A model generated the notes under the pieces. That model was not told where the DNA came from and made no database searches. It saw only the letters and a program-made list of their open reading frames with translations. From contig CM120641.1 in the NCBI GenBank assembly GCA_051362555.1, positions 42,600,401 to 42,664,400 on the forward strand: 64,000 nt of DNA, given 5' to 3'. The stretch comes from Lingula anatina (lineage: Eukaryota > Animalia > Brachiopoda). The position numbers and the translations under genes are program-made. This document shows positions 13,797-29,200 of this stretch, piece after piece (positions within the stretch are counted from its first letter, which is position 1; every line of letters begins with the position of its first letter).

Positions 13797-16700
13797 TCTT
13801 CATTTCAGGTTGGCGTCACATACTCAATCCAATCATATGGAAACATCTTGTCATACTTCAACATTGATCAACTGACAGGTCAAGTCAGACTAACCCAGAG
13901 CATTAGAAATGACATATATAAATTACCATTTTACGTGGTGAGTTTCTTTAGTTCCTATTAATTTGCAAGCAGGTGGTGGAAATATTTAAAACCAAATATG
14001 CATTTTGTAAGAAAATTTCTTTGTATCATTCGGCTGTGCTACTGCTTATAAAATTTGTTTTACTTACTGGTAAAAGAATTTCAAATACTGGTGAAAGAAT
14101 GTTGTCTGGTCTCTGAGAAAGTCAATTCAATATAGTTTAACAGGGTACACCGCTGTCTATTGCACTCCTTGTTTTAAGTTTTTACCAAATAATTAAAAAT
14201 AATTTCTTATTTTAGCTGAACATACAAGGTCGCCGTGGCAGTGCCACAGGAGTTGCCACGGCAATTGTGAATGTTCTTCGTAATGCATACTGCCCAGAGT
14301 TCTCGCGTCAAAATGGATACACTTTCCAGGTCCCTGAAAACTACCCATTGGCAGTTGGGTTTGGACAGGTGTCTGCCATAGATAAAGATGGGGTAAGAAT
14401 TTCAGTTAAATTTTAGCCAATTGATTTGTGTTTTGGAAAACTGTTGGTGATATTTAACAATTATTATTATTGCAAAATTGGGCAAATGTTAGTTGGTTTT
14501 TAGAGAAATGTTATCGTCAAAATTACTTCTGTCTGCTATTTCATTACTTGTGTTTACATTACTTTTTAATGGTTTTAAATCAGTTTTTATGCATTTGGTT
14601 GTAGAAATACTTCAGGTATTTCTTTTGTCCAATATTTGTCAGCTTTGCTAACATTTGAGATTATTCATGGTTTAAAATTATATCATCTTTTTCTAGGACA
14701 TTGTGAGGTATTCCATTCTTGGAAATGCAGCAAATGAATTTTTCTTCATCGATAATGGTACTTTGCTACTTAGGAAGAGCCTTGAGGATGCCAACATAAG
14801 GACATTTGCTGTAAGTTATTTTAGTCAACATTTTCAGTGTTGATTGACAATTTTGAGCCATACAGTCAGATTTTTCTCACACACTACCATGTTTGGTCAA
14901 CAAAGCATATGTATTGAAATTCAGGTTAAAAAGGTTAAAAAATTGTGACACTACAGTTACATATTGTTAAATTAGACAATATGATGATAAGTGTATTATA
15001 AGAATATAAAGAAGAAACTAAATAGATATATTTATTTTTATGTTTTTTTACAACCTTCTAGCAGTCTAAGGTCATGCCATGGCCTTGAACATTTCAGTTC
15101 TCCTCACAATCAAGTCTGACAGTCAAGTTTCAGTCAGTCACATTCCTCACTTCAAACTTATTCATCAAAAATTCCATTTCACTATGAATGTCTATTTTTT
15201 TATCCTGACCATCTGTCCATCCAGCCGTATATAAGTCCTTCTGTTTATCTATCTTCAACTGTCGAATTTTTTCCTGTGTATTTTTCAGTTCACAGTGAGA
15301 GCCAGTGACAACCAGGTGCCTCCCTGTACAAGACAGACCAGTGTCACAGTCCAAGTGACCACTAACAACACTTTACCTGTCTTCCTTAACCTGCCAGCCA
15401 TTGTTAACACCACCAGCAATATTTCTCCGGGTCGCCACTTATTTACTGTGTTAGCAAGGGACTCGAACCAACAAGTAAGTATGATATGAAAATATTAAAT
15501 TCAGCTGCTACTGTAAGATGGCCATATAAGATGTAATATAGCAAGGAACAATTTATTCCACTGATACAAGCACATGCATTAAAATTTAAAATGTGCTACT
15601 GGTTGCTTATCCTGTTTTTTTATAACATGTTATCATAACACTTTATAAATTTTCTGGATTTACATTAAATGTTTTAAAATCAAACTACAATTTTATTAAA
15701 AATAGATGAAACATTCTGCAGTTATAAATTAAGACCTGTTTAATATCCTAAAATGGAATTATGTTTACCAGCAGCCCTCATTTTGAGTATGATCACAATC
15801 TGTCTGCACATGCATGTCTGCAAATTTAGATAACTCCATCCTCATAAAATTTACTAAATCCTCTTCACAAACTGGTGCACCTAAGGCACTCCTTGTCATT
15901 TAAAACTGTCATATTCTTCTCAGGGCACCTTGCAGTACTCTATTGTTGGACCCCCAGGGGATGCCAGCTACTTCAACATGGAACCCAATGGAAGGTTGAC
16001 TCTCAGGTCCTCCTTGAGTGGCCAGAGTGGAAGAACATTCACAGTAAGTCTCAGGAGGTGGAATTAGAAATGTGAATATTGCACACTACCAAAGGCAGCC
16101 TGTTGATTTTTATCTTTAATTTCTCTTAATATGTGTATTTGGAAGACTTTGACTGGCTTTTTAAGCTGCCACTATGGCCATTGTCACAGAGGTGACCCTT
16201 GACAGGTAAATGTTGATCAGTTGTCATCCAATTATCCTCAGGTAGTCATGAGAGAATATAGGTCAACTGACTAATTACCTTTCATAATTACTTGTACCTG
16301 AGAGCAATTGGGTGACAACTGATCAACAAAGTCAGTTTTTGATAGTGTCTAGGCTGACCATACAAGGCCTGTGGTAATTTAAACATATATCACATTTCAA
16401 ACAGCTTCAAAATTTTACTAGCTTGACAAACAAATGTGACTATTGCAGAAATTTTGATATGTGTTTTAGTCTATTTGTTCTTTTTTTCTAGATCAGAGTA
16501 GTAGTGTTTGATAGTGCCTTCCCAGACCAGAGGACACAGGGCACTATAACCATTAACGTGATATGCAGCCCCCGTGGCCCCAACTTGTTAATCCAGAGAT
16601 ACTATCTGACCATTACTGACCAGTTTTCAGCTGGACAGGAAGTAGGAGTGCCCCTTGTGGCTTCTCATCCTACAAATGTAAGTAAAAAAGGAATGTTTGC

Positions 16701-17228
16701 TGATTATGACACTGTGGCTTGCTCATATTCTATTAAATTGTGGGTATAAAGGACCCCAACATATGTTAGATATATAATTGTAATATTTAAAAAAGACTAG
16801 TGAATAAAATTGAACAGTTTTCTGTATCCTTTATTAATTGTAATAGTTAAATAAATTAGTAAGCTTACAATCTACATGTATTTTATAACTTGTTGAAAAA
16901 GAAACATGATGCCTATAATGTCTATAAAAGAGTAGCAGTGCAGCATTGCTGTTGTTCATACTGGTCCTATACAAGCAAATATGCTTTGATTTCCATGTTG
17001 GAGAGGACTAGGTGTTGTTCAGTATGAAGTTACCTCATGATGTTATTGTATCTGTATTTCTTGTAGGATTCTCTGACATTCAAAATCATTGGTGATAACC
17101 AGGTCAATCAGTGGTACTACATTGAATCCAGAACTGGACAGATATACACCCGTCGTCCAATGAAAGATGCACCTCAGTCCAGTGATGAGGTGAGTATTGT
17201 ATTGTACAAATAAGCTCATACCAAGGGT

Positions 17229-17287
<59 letters not shown>

Positions 17288-20200
17288 AGGTCACAAAATA
17301 TATCATGAAACCAATAAACAAAAGTAAGGACTACAAGCAAAATGTCAAGGTAAGTAAGAAGTATAAGTATATTTAACACCCTTGAAGAAGGTGGGGTTTA
17401 TTCAATATTGTTTACATAATACAAAGAACGATTGGTATCACAAGTGAGCAATAATATATTGGTTTTCATTGTTCATGATCAGCTCAGTCAGGGCTGTAAG
17501 AAAATGAATATATGTTTAATTTGAAAATTTGATGTGTAACTGCTGGAAATTTTCAAAAACCTTAGTAATTTAATAAGAATAATTTAACTGACTCAGAAAA
17601 GTTTGCATTCTTTACAGGTACTTTTTTCAAACTTATAAATATCATTCCTAAAAATCATTATTTTGGAAAATACAGATTTATTTATCAATTTGGTTCTAAT
17701 TGATATAAAACTGACAGTAACTGTTTTATTTTTCTAGTTCGCTGTGGAGGTCAGTGACCAGTGTCAACCACCCAAGACTGCCATAGCACACGTGAATGTT
17801 ACCATTTTGAGATCTGGAGCTCAGCCCGCATTTGAGAACCTTCCATTTACGCTCCCCCTCCCTGTTAACACTACTATCAACAGAGCCATTTATCAAGTCA
17901 AAGCCACTGATGAGAATCTTGTAGTATGTTTTGTTTTGTTTTGTTTTGTTTTATTTTCCATTGTAGTCACATTTGATCCTTGGTCATGTAGTTGTCTAGT
18001 TTTGTAGATATATTAAGTAAATTCTTATGAATGTTGGGCTTACTTGCAGAACTGAAATAAAAAAATACTTGTGTGTGGAGTAATTTGTTGGCTTACATAA
18101 TTGTGGTGAAATAATTATCTTGTTGCCTCAGGTAGTCACTAAAAAGTGAACAACCTTAACACCAGCAACAAGTCATTTAGAAATATGAAATATAATTTAA
18201 GACTTTTGGTCATGTGGGACCATCGCCTTTGTCAGTATAGCACAAATTTTTAACTTTTTACTTGTTTATTTGGGTAATGGAGAATCGTTCTATTTTTTTT
18301 TTCACTTCAGAACACCATCAACTACCGCGTCATGGGTCAGTACCCAGCCACTCAGTACTTTGAAATGAGAGACCCCACATCTGGTCTTATCTATATCAAG
18401 CGCTCCATGACAGAAGACGAGACAAGGACTTCGGCTTACTTTGTAAGTACACTACAGATGAGGTTAGAGTGCTTAACACTCCACTAGAGGGAGCAGATGT
18501 TCTGATTTATTCCAGTATTGCCAAATGAAAAACTGTATGTACTGGAACACCTAACACACTTTATCTCTCATCCAGTCACATTGATTAACAATGCTACATG
18601 TCTGATCTAGACTGAATTTATTATATTTGCTCATTTGAGAAAGATATGCTAACAAACATAACATTTTTCAAAGATTTGAGTATGAAAAATTTTAAGGGAA
18701 ATTCAGTATCATCACTAATTTAAAAGTTCAAAATGATTGTACATAATTGTTCCAGTTCCTTGATTCATATTTGTGTGTGTGTGCTTGTGTATGTGTGTGT
18801 GTGTTTATGTGTATGTTTTTTTGTGATTTTCATATTTGAATAAATTTACTTTTGCTTAATCTTTTTTTGCTTCACACACCATATCAACGAAATCATGACA
18901 TATTCTATAATATAGATATGTGTGGCTGCCTATGACAGCGCCTTCCCGAACGACCAGGCCATCCGCTGCCTTACAGTGACACCTCTACGGAACTTTGCCA
19001 GGCCAGAAGTTCCTGACTATGTTAGAAATATATCCAACACTTTCCCTGTAGGTTCAGTTGTATTGGATGTTAATGCCACAGATGCTGATGGGGTAGGTCT
19101 CAGTTATTACTATAATGATATTGATAATTGTTCAAGTAATTCAAACACCTCAGTTTTTCCCCTAATGTATTATTGTAATTGTGAAATTTAAAACTGGCAT
19201 GAAATGGAAAATAAAGTTTAAATTGAAAGAACCCTCCCTAGAACTGAGTATTTCAAAAGAGATTTTTTTAATGTTATTTTAAATATGAATAAAAAATTGG
19301 GAAGTTTGATAAATGCAATATTATTTATTCATTTTGCTTCAAACCTAGGAATGAGTTACATAATTGGCTTCTTATGACTTTATAATCTTTCCTTATCATT
19401 TGAGGATTCAAGGAAATTCAATCTGTTACACAACTTATATAACAATGTCATGAATATTCTATGATACGGCTCTGAAAGCAATTTTGCTAAAGAGATATGT
19501 TGTATTTGTAACAAAAAGGAAAACTTTAGTTTTTTTATACTATTGACTTGTTTGTGATAAGGTGTCGGTTGGATATATGGCATTTTGTTTCAGGATGAGT
19601 TAGTATACGACTTGCCCAACAACTCAGAGCTTCGTAGGGCATTCTTCATCGACAAGACTACTGGAGAAATACGCCTCCTCACCTCTCTAGCCAATCAAAA
19701 TGGGCAGTTCAGAGTATGTATATACCACAAGAACTGATTGTGTGTCCAAAACTGAATTTTTTTCTAATATTGTTATTCTAGGTGTGGTTTCAGTGTATTT
19801 CCTGGTACAGTTTTCTTTAATAGTCCTAATCTGTGATAAAGCCTGTGAAGACTGTCAAGCAGATGTATTAATAAAATCCAGAAAATGAGTATTAAAACAT
19901 CCTTACTTACCCTCAGCAATAGTTTTTCATTAAAATTCATTCAAATTAAAAATGATAATAATGCATCTATGTCTCCTTGAACAAGTTTCTTTTCGTATCT
20001 TCAGTTTTCTGTAATAGTATATGAGAGAGACAACCCCAGCAGAGTCGGTATTGGCACAGTAACTATACACTACGGTGGTTCCGGTGGCACCAGCTCCTGT
20101 GAAATTTCCTTCCCACAAGGCCAGCTCACAGCCAGAATAAAAGAGAACATTCAAGTCGGGGAGGTGTTTGTCCGCACACAGCTGCCCAGGAGAAGTTGTG

Positions 20201-23200
20201 TGAAGGTATGATGTAACAAGTGTCAGATTTAAAACTTAGCACAAGAAGACATGTTGGATGTGAATGGGAAGGTCAGCTTTGTTGATTAGAAGTAAGAGTT
20301 CAGGCAAGAAACATACCTTTTGTAAGTGGGGCTGGGGGGGGGGGGGGGTGATATTGATTGAACAACCCTTTTGGCCTAGAAAAGATTCACTGTTAAACAA
20401 AATTTGATTTAAGTTTTTATGACATTATGGTAAAAAGGTCTCTTCTTTTTTTAAAAGAAATAATACAATCACTTTTATAGTAATTCCAAAGTTGGCCCAT
20501 GTCTGCTCTGAAACTCTGGTTGGGCACCTTAATGTCATTTGGGTTATATTTATTTAGAAGCACGTACCTAATATTATATTCTTGTATGATATAAAAGTCA
20601 CAAAATATAATCAATGTTTTGAGTGTATATGATGCTTTATTACAGCAAGGAGATTCAACTGAGGTATGAGATATTTGCCTTGTTAAATTGGTCATGGTAT
20701 TATATATACATATTGTCCATTGGTGTTCTTTCTCATATATGTCCCATGCCAAATCAGAATTACCAGGAACTTTATTGTATACAGTATTTTCCTGACATTT
20801 CCCTATCATGTGAATGGTTTGTTTCCTTTGAATATACATGTGTCTTTTTCCCAATTCCACATTAAAAATGCCATGCCAAATATACAGCATCATTTGGTAT
20901 CCCCATATATATGGTTTCCTTGATATTGACCTTAAGGATCTTGTTCTGTTCTGTTTATCCAATATTTTTACTTTTCCTGTATGTTAATGATCACTTTATA
21001 AAGGCATAAAGTGACCAGGTCTCCTATGAAGATCCATTGCTTTGGGCATAAAATCATTTTTTCGGATGTAAATACTTTGTGTGGTGCACAAATCACTCAC
21101 ATTTGCATGAAAATACCATTTGTTCATCTGTTTAAATATTTCCTAAAATTCCTTAAAATACGCTTGATAACTTTTTAATGGGTTGTAAAATATTTTCTGT
21201 GGAAAATGGCTTTGGGTATATAATAGAGTCACCCTTTTCTTAGAACAACAACTAAAATCATACTGTAGGGATTCAACATGCTGCTGAGCTGTGAAACCAT
21301 CCCAAGATGGATATAACAGAAACTTGACTTATAAAATTTGTCATTATATTTTAGGACATATTCTTCTAGTAAAGTAGTAGTATATCTACACTAAGTTCTA
21401 GTAATTTGTTATACATGTCAAGTGAGTCTACAATGTGATCTTTCAGGGAGAGTTTGAGTTCCTTCTTGAAGCCACAGAGCCAGCAGCATCTTACTTTGGA
21501 GTTAACAGGACCACCGGAGACATTTTTGTCACCAAATACCTGAGAGACCTGCATGACAGCTATACAAAGTTCCAGGTAGGTATAAGCTAGGTTTCACTAC
21601 ATTAATAAAGCATTTGTTTTAGAGACAGTCATTCAGAGAAAAACAAAAAATGTTTTAAAAACTATTTTCATATTTTCTATTATTCATAAAAAGCTATGTA
21701 GAAGTTGTTATGACATGAAAATTAATCCTTTAATTGGCCTGTGGCCAAAAATACAGCCACTGTAATTTAAAAAAAATTATAGTTAATAGCTTACAGCTCA
21801 AAACCTGATTAAGCTAGCCACATGAACATGAATTCAAATCAGATGCATTTAATTTTATGTTCTTTGATTATAGCTGACCTTGGTTGTCCGGGATAGTGCT
21901 GACCATGAGGTAACAGACTCCATGGTGGTCAATGTAGATGTGACCCGTAACATCCACCAACCATCACTCAGAGTGTTCTATCAACAGGAGATTCCTGAAA
22001 CTCAAGGTGTCGGCACTCAGGTGGCAAATCTCACTGGATCGGACCTTGATGGGGTAAGGGAATCTCAGACATTTGTTTAGGAATAGAATGTAGATGAAAC
22101 CATGGCGCAGTATCATGCTTCATGTTGTTTAAAATGATGAAAAGTTCACTTTTTCTTTAATTTTCCAGGATGAATTGAGATATGAGATCACAGGCACAAA
22201 CCAAACCAGACAGTACTTCTATGTGATACCAACAGAGGGAGGTATTTACCTGAAAAAGCCATTACAGGGACCGGAGCATCCAAGATTATTCTATGTAAGT
22301 GAAATAGACTTTAAAGCAAGTAAAATATTGAAGTTTTTTAATTTCTATAAAAGTATTTCTACAGATGTCAAACTGAATTGTTGATAAAAATAATTGTGAA
22401 AGATTTTGTTTTATTTTTCTCTGTCAAACTATTACTATTTTTAGTTAGTAAAATATACAGTTATGCTATCAGATTTATTCGGTGATAAACTTAAAGGGAT
22501 AATAACTCTTCGTTTTGACCAAAAAATGAATTTTCCTAGAGTAAGCAACAATTTTCCAATACTTACCAAGGTTAATGAATCCATCTTTACATTCAAAGTT
22601 AGTCCCTGGTTTTTTTCTAAAAAGTTTGGTTTTTTGTTAAAATCTCTTAAGAGATTATAACAGAGTATAGCCATCGGTGGTCAGAAGACAAGCTCAGATG
22701 TCAGAATAATAGCTATAACTTTTTTTTGTTGTCGTAAAACAGAATATATTATATTTCTATGAGTTATTCACAATGTTTTTATTGTGAAATATAGACCTAA
22801 TACGAAGAGTTATTATCCCTTTAATACTTTCTAACAAGTGCTTTCCTGTCAATTTCAGTTCAATGTGAAGGTCAGAGATCAGAGAAACCCAGAGAAATCT
22901 TCCACTGCCTCATTTACAATCCGAGTCAGCAGTGAAAATGTCCCACCACAGTGGCTCCAGCTACCTTATGGCACAAACATCAAACGCAATGCCTCAGTTG
23001 GTGATGTGGTGATCACAGTGGCCGCTGCCGATCCCGATCTAAAAGTAAGGGACTGGAGATTGTAAATATTGTAGGCTGAAATGTATTTACACTTACACTG
23101 TGTTGTGTAGATATTGATTGCTATGTTGCTTTTTGGTAGAATTTAAGCCTGGAATGACAGTGCCATTCGAACCATTCCAGTATAAGACATGGTTGAAAGT

Positions 23201-26200
23201 TAAATGCAAAGACATGTTCATAAGATATGGCATATTAGTATTCCTTTTTTTCTTGGTGGTATTTGTAAAACTGATTCAGTCATTCGGAAATAACCCAGTC
23301 ATATTTAGAAGTATTAATTGTTATACTTTCTTTTCAGGGCACTCTGAGATACCGACTTGGTCCTGGTGTGGTACCAGCTCCGTATTTCTTCACTATTGAT
23401 GAAATAACTGGTCAAGTTAAAGTCAGGAATAGTCTCACATTGGGAACCGATTCAGTATACAATGTAAGCCATGATGATATTGTATAAAAGCTCCTCATTC
23501 TATTTGTTACATTGAAAGATGATTTAAATGATTTTCAAGCACTGTTGCTCATTAAATTAAGATCTATTGAAGTAGTCTCAACAGTGCAGAAGTTTCATAC
23601 TGTATATCGCACATTTTTTTATGTGATAAGTACAATGATGTTATTTGTATTTGTGTTAGATTTCACTATGTGTTTTGTAATTTTTTAGGGAGAGGAGGGT
23701 CAGAATTGTGTATGATATAGGTGTTACGTTATTACCCCATCACTTTTTTATCTCTTTCCAGTTACGCGTCCAAGCCTTTGACGATGGCTATCCATTTAAC
23801 TACAATGAGACAACAGTGACACTCACCATACCCCAGCAGGCCCCTGTGTGGCAGACGACAGTTATCACTAGAAATATCTCCAGATCCCTTGGTCCAGGAA
23901 GTACTGTGATCACACTGGACGGATATGTTACTGACCCAGATGGGGTGAGTTATGCAGGACTGAGACAGTGGAGAGTGATTGAGTGAGATTTCTTGAAGAT
24001 AGTAACTTGTAAAATTTTAACGGGTGCAAGAAATTGACATTAACTTTAACCAGCTTCAGCAACAGAATTCTGTTGATTCTCGGCACCTCACTCTCTCTTC
24101 TGACTTTCCCTCTTCATTGTCGCAGACAATATCATTGGTGCCATTGTTTTGAAACGGGGAAATATGCAGTGTTGTTGTTTGATATATATGTACATCTGCA
24201 ACATATTGTTTCAATCAACTTGATTACTTAAAAAAAGAAAACCTTTCAGTTCAATTTGTAGATATATATCCTCATTAAGTATAATTTTTCAATTTTTTAC
24301 ATTTTTTGCAAAATATGCAAATTTGAGTTATGTTTTTGCCATGGCAGATGGCTAGTACGAGCCTGGATATCATGGTTACTTCAAATTCATTTTCACCCTT
24401 CATTATCAGGATCACCTAACCTACACTCCAGAAGATGGCAGCACTCCTGGTGCCTATTCCTACTTCCTGCTCAGACAGGATAACGGAAAAATCATTGTTA
24501 CTGGACTGTTGAGCCAGGCACCTTCATCAACATATCGGGTAAGAAATTGGGCAGGAAAAATACTGGGGTCTGTTTAACAAAAAGAATTTTATCCCAAAAA
24601 TTGGTCGTAACTTTTAGACTTCAATTTTAGTCTACTTTGATCCAAGATAAATCCATTTCAGTCAATTATGGGACAAAATTCATTCAAAACACCACATGTG
24701 AGCTTCAGTTTCCATAGTGCAACTGTATAATGAATGATTTATTTTTATTTTGATATTTATTCCATAAAGTTTAGAATGGCATTCCAAATTATTGCAGACT
24801 GATTTGGTACATTTGTCATCAACTAACTGTTTATGTTATATTTTCAGTTTAACATAAGAGCCACAGACAACCGCAGACCGCAGCAGTCAGCATCAGGTGT
24901 TGTTATTATCAATCTTATGGACGAAGAGAAACCGCCAGTTCAGAACATCAGCTACACCACCACCATTGATGACACCCATCCTGTCAATTCTGATGTGTTT
25001 GAATTACGAAATTCTGGGGTAAATCAGAGTTATATTTGAAACTTTTATGTTTCAGCCATGTCTTTTGGTTCCATGTGGATATCATAGAAATTCAGTAACA
25101 ATTAGCAAATTGAATGATATCAGAGTTGTTATAACTTACAAATGCTGATTAGATATTTGCCATTGATGTGACCGATGTATCATTAACTAATTTATTTTTG
25201 AATTTAATGTTCAAACAAAAATGTATCTGTCTTTCTGTGAACTTCCATTTCTTTACTTTCTTTGAATATTTTTGAGGTCAGTAAGTGCAATAATGAAAGT
25301 TATGACTTTTTTGCTTAAAATTGTTGCTGTTCACACTACAGTAAGTGTGCGTCACTTCTGGCTTAATCAGTGGACTTAGACCCTGGGATAAATGGAACAT
25401 TTCAGTTGTAACTTCAGCTTTGAAAGTTTAACACTTCTTTCATTATTTTGATAATTTTGAAAGTAAACTTGCATAATTGACAGTCATTTGTTCATTTTCA
25501 GAATGTCGTCCTGCGCTATGAGATGGCAGAGGAGCAGCAGCAATATCCTGCGTCCTACTTCTTCCGGGTAACCCAAGATGGCCATGTGCAAGTGAAGCAA
25601 AGTCTGCTGAATGATGTCCAGCTGTCACCCAAGTACACTGTAAGTGTTATGTTGAGGATGATGATGATGGTGATGATGATGATAATTATACCTATTACAT
25701 TAATTTTGTTCTAGATATTTTAGGCAAACCATTTGTGTTGACATGCATATATTAAGTCCTCTTTTAATTTGAAAAGATCATCATGAAAGATAACTTTCAA
25801 TATTCCTTAATTGGTAAATGTGTGAGATTTAGAATTAGTTTTATTTCTAAATCATCTAAGAAAAGACTTTTGATAAAAACAAAACATTTTTCTATTCAAT
25901 TCATGATTCATAATATATCCAAATGTAATATGAAATTGCAATCAGAACATTTTGAATGATCCTTTGAATCTTGCAAATAAAGAAACTCTTATTATCCTAT
26001 AAAATATCATATTTTCAGCTCTTGGTTGCTGGATATAATGTGGCTGAGCCTGGGTCCGGGCCTCTTGTATACATTACTCTGTATGTCAATGTGCGACGTA
26101 ACCAGGCAGGACCCCAGTTTAACCGGACTGTTTACTATAGCAACATCACAGACACACACCCCATTGGAGGTTTAGTTATCATACTACAAGGCAGGGATCC

Positions 26201-29200
26201 TGATGGCGTAAGTTAAGACTTGCCTAGCCTAGGGGATTTTAGTAATAGCCTTTATATTGTCTCAGTCAATTTTTAAACAGATTATAAATCTTAGAGAAAA
26301 TGAGTCTTTGTTTCAATTTGCCATTATGGAAAAGTAAGAGGAAAAGCAACTTTCTGTTTTCATTCAAAAAACAATTGGTTGTATTAAGTTGAATTTTATA
26401 GCACATTGTTATTTGTATTTTATAGCTCACATGATGATGAATCAATATAATGATTTCTCCGTACAGAAAAACTGTCAAAAACATTTCTCTAAAACAAATG
26501 AAAGCGAAGGTAATAATATTATACATAGGTTTGAATGTGGGTAGTCACATATTGGCATCTGTATATCTAGTTATATGTACTCATTACAGGGCTCCATAAC
26601 ATATAATCTGGTTGGAGATGAAAATGCCAAGGCACACTTCTTTGTCCACCCAACCACGGGAGAAATTATTCTGATCAAGTCTCTGGCAGATGTGACCACT
26701 TCATACTTTTATGTGAGTTCTTATATCTTAATGCCTTACCAACTTGAAGAACTTTTATTCTGTGTTTTTCCTGTTTTTACAATTGAACTGCTGAAGTTTT
26801 TCATATTATAAATATTGTTATTATTGTGGATATGTGTACAGTACTGTCCATAGTACAAAGCAAATAAATTTAAGCAAAAAAGGCTGTTTAAGGATGATTA
26901 AAGAACACACCACATTTAAAGTACCATTGTTCTTTTTTATTCTTTTTTACAGTTATAAATATACCTTTATTTATTAGCCACATATTAAGGAGATTTTGCC
27001 AATCTTTCAGCTTGTGATTGAGGCTTGTGATGACGATCGTCCTAAGAAATGTGTCAATCTCACCAGTACCATTAACGTGTCACGTAATCGCAACTTGCCA
27101 CAGTTTACAAATGTACCTCACACCCTCAGTAACTTCCCACCTGGCGTGAACTCGGGATATATAGTCTATAGAGTACAGGCAATATACCCCCAGGGAGTAA
27201 GTATTAATTCTGTAATGTATTAAATGTTTTATAAATAAAATAATAATTGTAATTATTTTAGCACATGATAAGTGCACTTTTTCAAAATAATTATATTATA
27301 CTAAGTTATGTTAATAGCCTTTCTAATGAACAGAATATAGTGTCCAAGTTATCACAGGTAAAACAATTTATTTACTTTAGTTAATAGAAATATGTCTAAA
27401 GCAATAATTTTCATCGGGAAAATCTGAAAAGAAAAGGAAAGGGAAATAATTCTCCTGGGTTCAAGTGTGCTCACTACAAAAAAATGTTGATTTACTTTAA
27501 TATGAAGATATCTAAATGATGACAATAGTCTGTTTAGAAAGGTCATATTCATCAAGGTGCAAAAACTTTCAGGGAGATCTTGAGTACCAGCTAGTAGGAG
27601 AGGGTCCAGCCACACAGTACTTCAGAATAAACCAAACAACTGGAGAGATTATTGTCAGACGTCCCCTGGATAGAGATATCTCTATGTATATTGTAAGTAT
27701 TGTAAAATAACCATTTTTGTTGTCTATTGTGTAATTCAGTTGTGTTCAAGGTCCTTTGAGGAAAGGTTGAGTCAGAAATGCCATGCCTCATATTTGGAAA
27801 AACATGTTTGGTCTCTTTGGGAACATTTTTTTTATCATTGTACTGGCAGTGTTTTGATAGAAATATCTTAACTAAATATTAGTCATTGTTTGTCTCTGTT
27901 GAAACTATGCACACTTTGGTTGTGGATACAATAGATTTACATGTAGCTTTGTTCACAAAAGTCATATTTAAGCTTGGGTGACATGTTTTATAAATATATC
28001 ATCAATATTATTTATATAAATGTGCTTCATTTCCAGCTTAAAGTGCTTGCTAGGGTCATAGATCAACCACAGCTAAGCACAACTGGCACAGTGACACTGT
28101 TTGTAAACACCAATACCAAAGCCCCGCAGTTCAACCCTAGTGTTATTATGGTTCCGATTGATCCAGATCAGCAAGTAAATACACCATTCCGCACAGTGAC
28201 TGCCACTGATGAAGATGGCGTAAGTATATGATCTCTTTCTCACTTTTATCTTAAATTTGATTGTAGCAGCTAAAATTTATTTTCACTTTGTATGTGAAAA
28301 AGCTCATGCTTAAAAGAATATTGCTAGTAGGTGAAAAAAAAGTTGTCAGGTGTATTTTACTCACAAAAGTCAAAGAGGTATAGAATGTTATACATGTATA
28401 AAGAAATACATTGTGTTTGCAACTTTGAGCTAAGATGATTCTCTGTTTATTTAGGATGAGTTGACCTACAGTCTGATAATGGTGATCCCTGAATACTCCA
28501 GCCAGTGGTTCAGGATTGACCCAAATACTGGAGCAATATCTCTTACAAATTCTGTGGAATATGACAACTCCACCCGCTATACTGTAAGTTTGATAACTGA
28601 AGTAATCTCTCTGTTCCATTGTCATAATTTTACAGACACATTTTGAAAAGAATAAAGTAATTGTTAAATTGGACTTTTAAGTGACATCATGGTACAAATA
28701 TGACAGTGTGTCCTTTGAATTTGTGAGACTCTCATCTTAAAATGAGATATAAAATATGTTTGTGAGGGTTGGTGTAAATGTTTGCAAAATGTATACTGAG
28801 ACATTCATTTTAGTGATTTTTCTGTCATTTTGCTTTACTAACATTTAATTACCATAAACCATGTGAGAATGTTCAAATAACCTTTTTCATTTGTTTTCAA
28901 TAGTTGGTTGTCCAAGCAGCTGATGGCGGCTACCCCCGCCCTCAGTTTGGCTATGCCACAGTGCATGTGCTTGTTGACAGGATAGGTGGAATCAGTGTGT
29001 CTTCATTCACTGCCAATATATCTGAGTCACACCCAGTGGGAGGATTTGTCAAAGTGATCACCGCTACTGGCTCTGGACTCAGAGTGAGTACCCACCTTTT
29101 GATGTGTAGATTAGTTATCCAGTCATATTTTGTATAATGAAAATTTTAAAATCTGTCACATGATGAACAATTTAATCTAGTTAATGCTGTTTTTTCTCCC

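Noticed and set aside
20334-20348. Poly-G run (also 57256-57275) as a functional G-quadruplex
   Set aside because: Simple homopolymer tracts with no evidence of function.
20417-21150. 181-aa minus-strand ORF in a 1.24-kb intron as a nested gene or L1/Tx1 fragment
   Set aside because: Only a faint resemblance to a LINE C-terminus (GIPND, LGKRHMY). It may be a decayed repeat, but I cannot support a call without a search.
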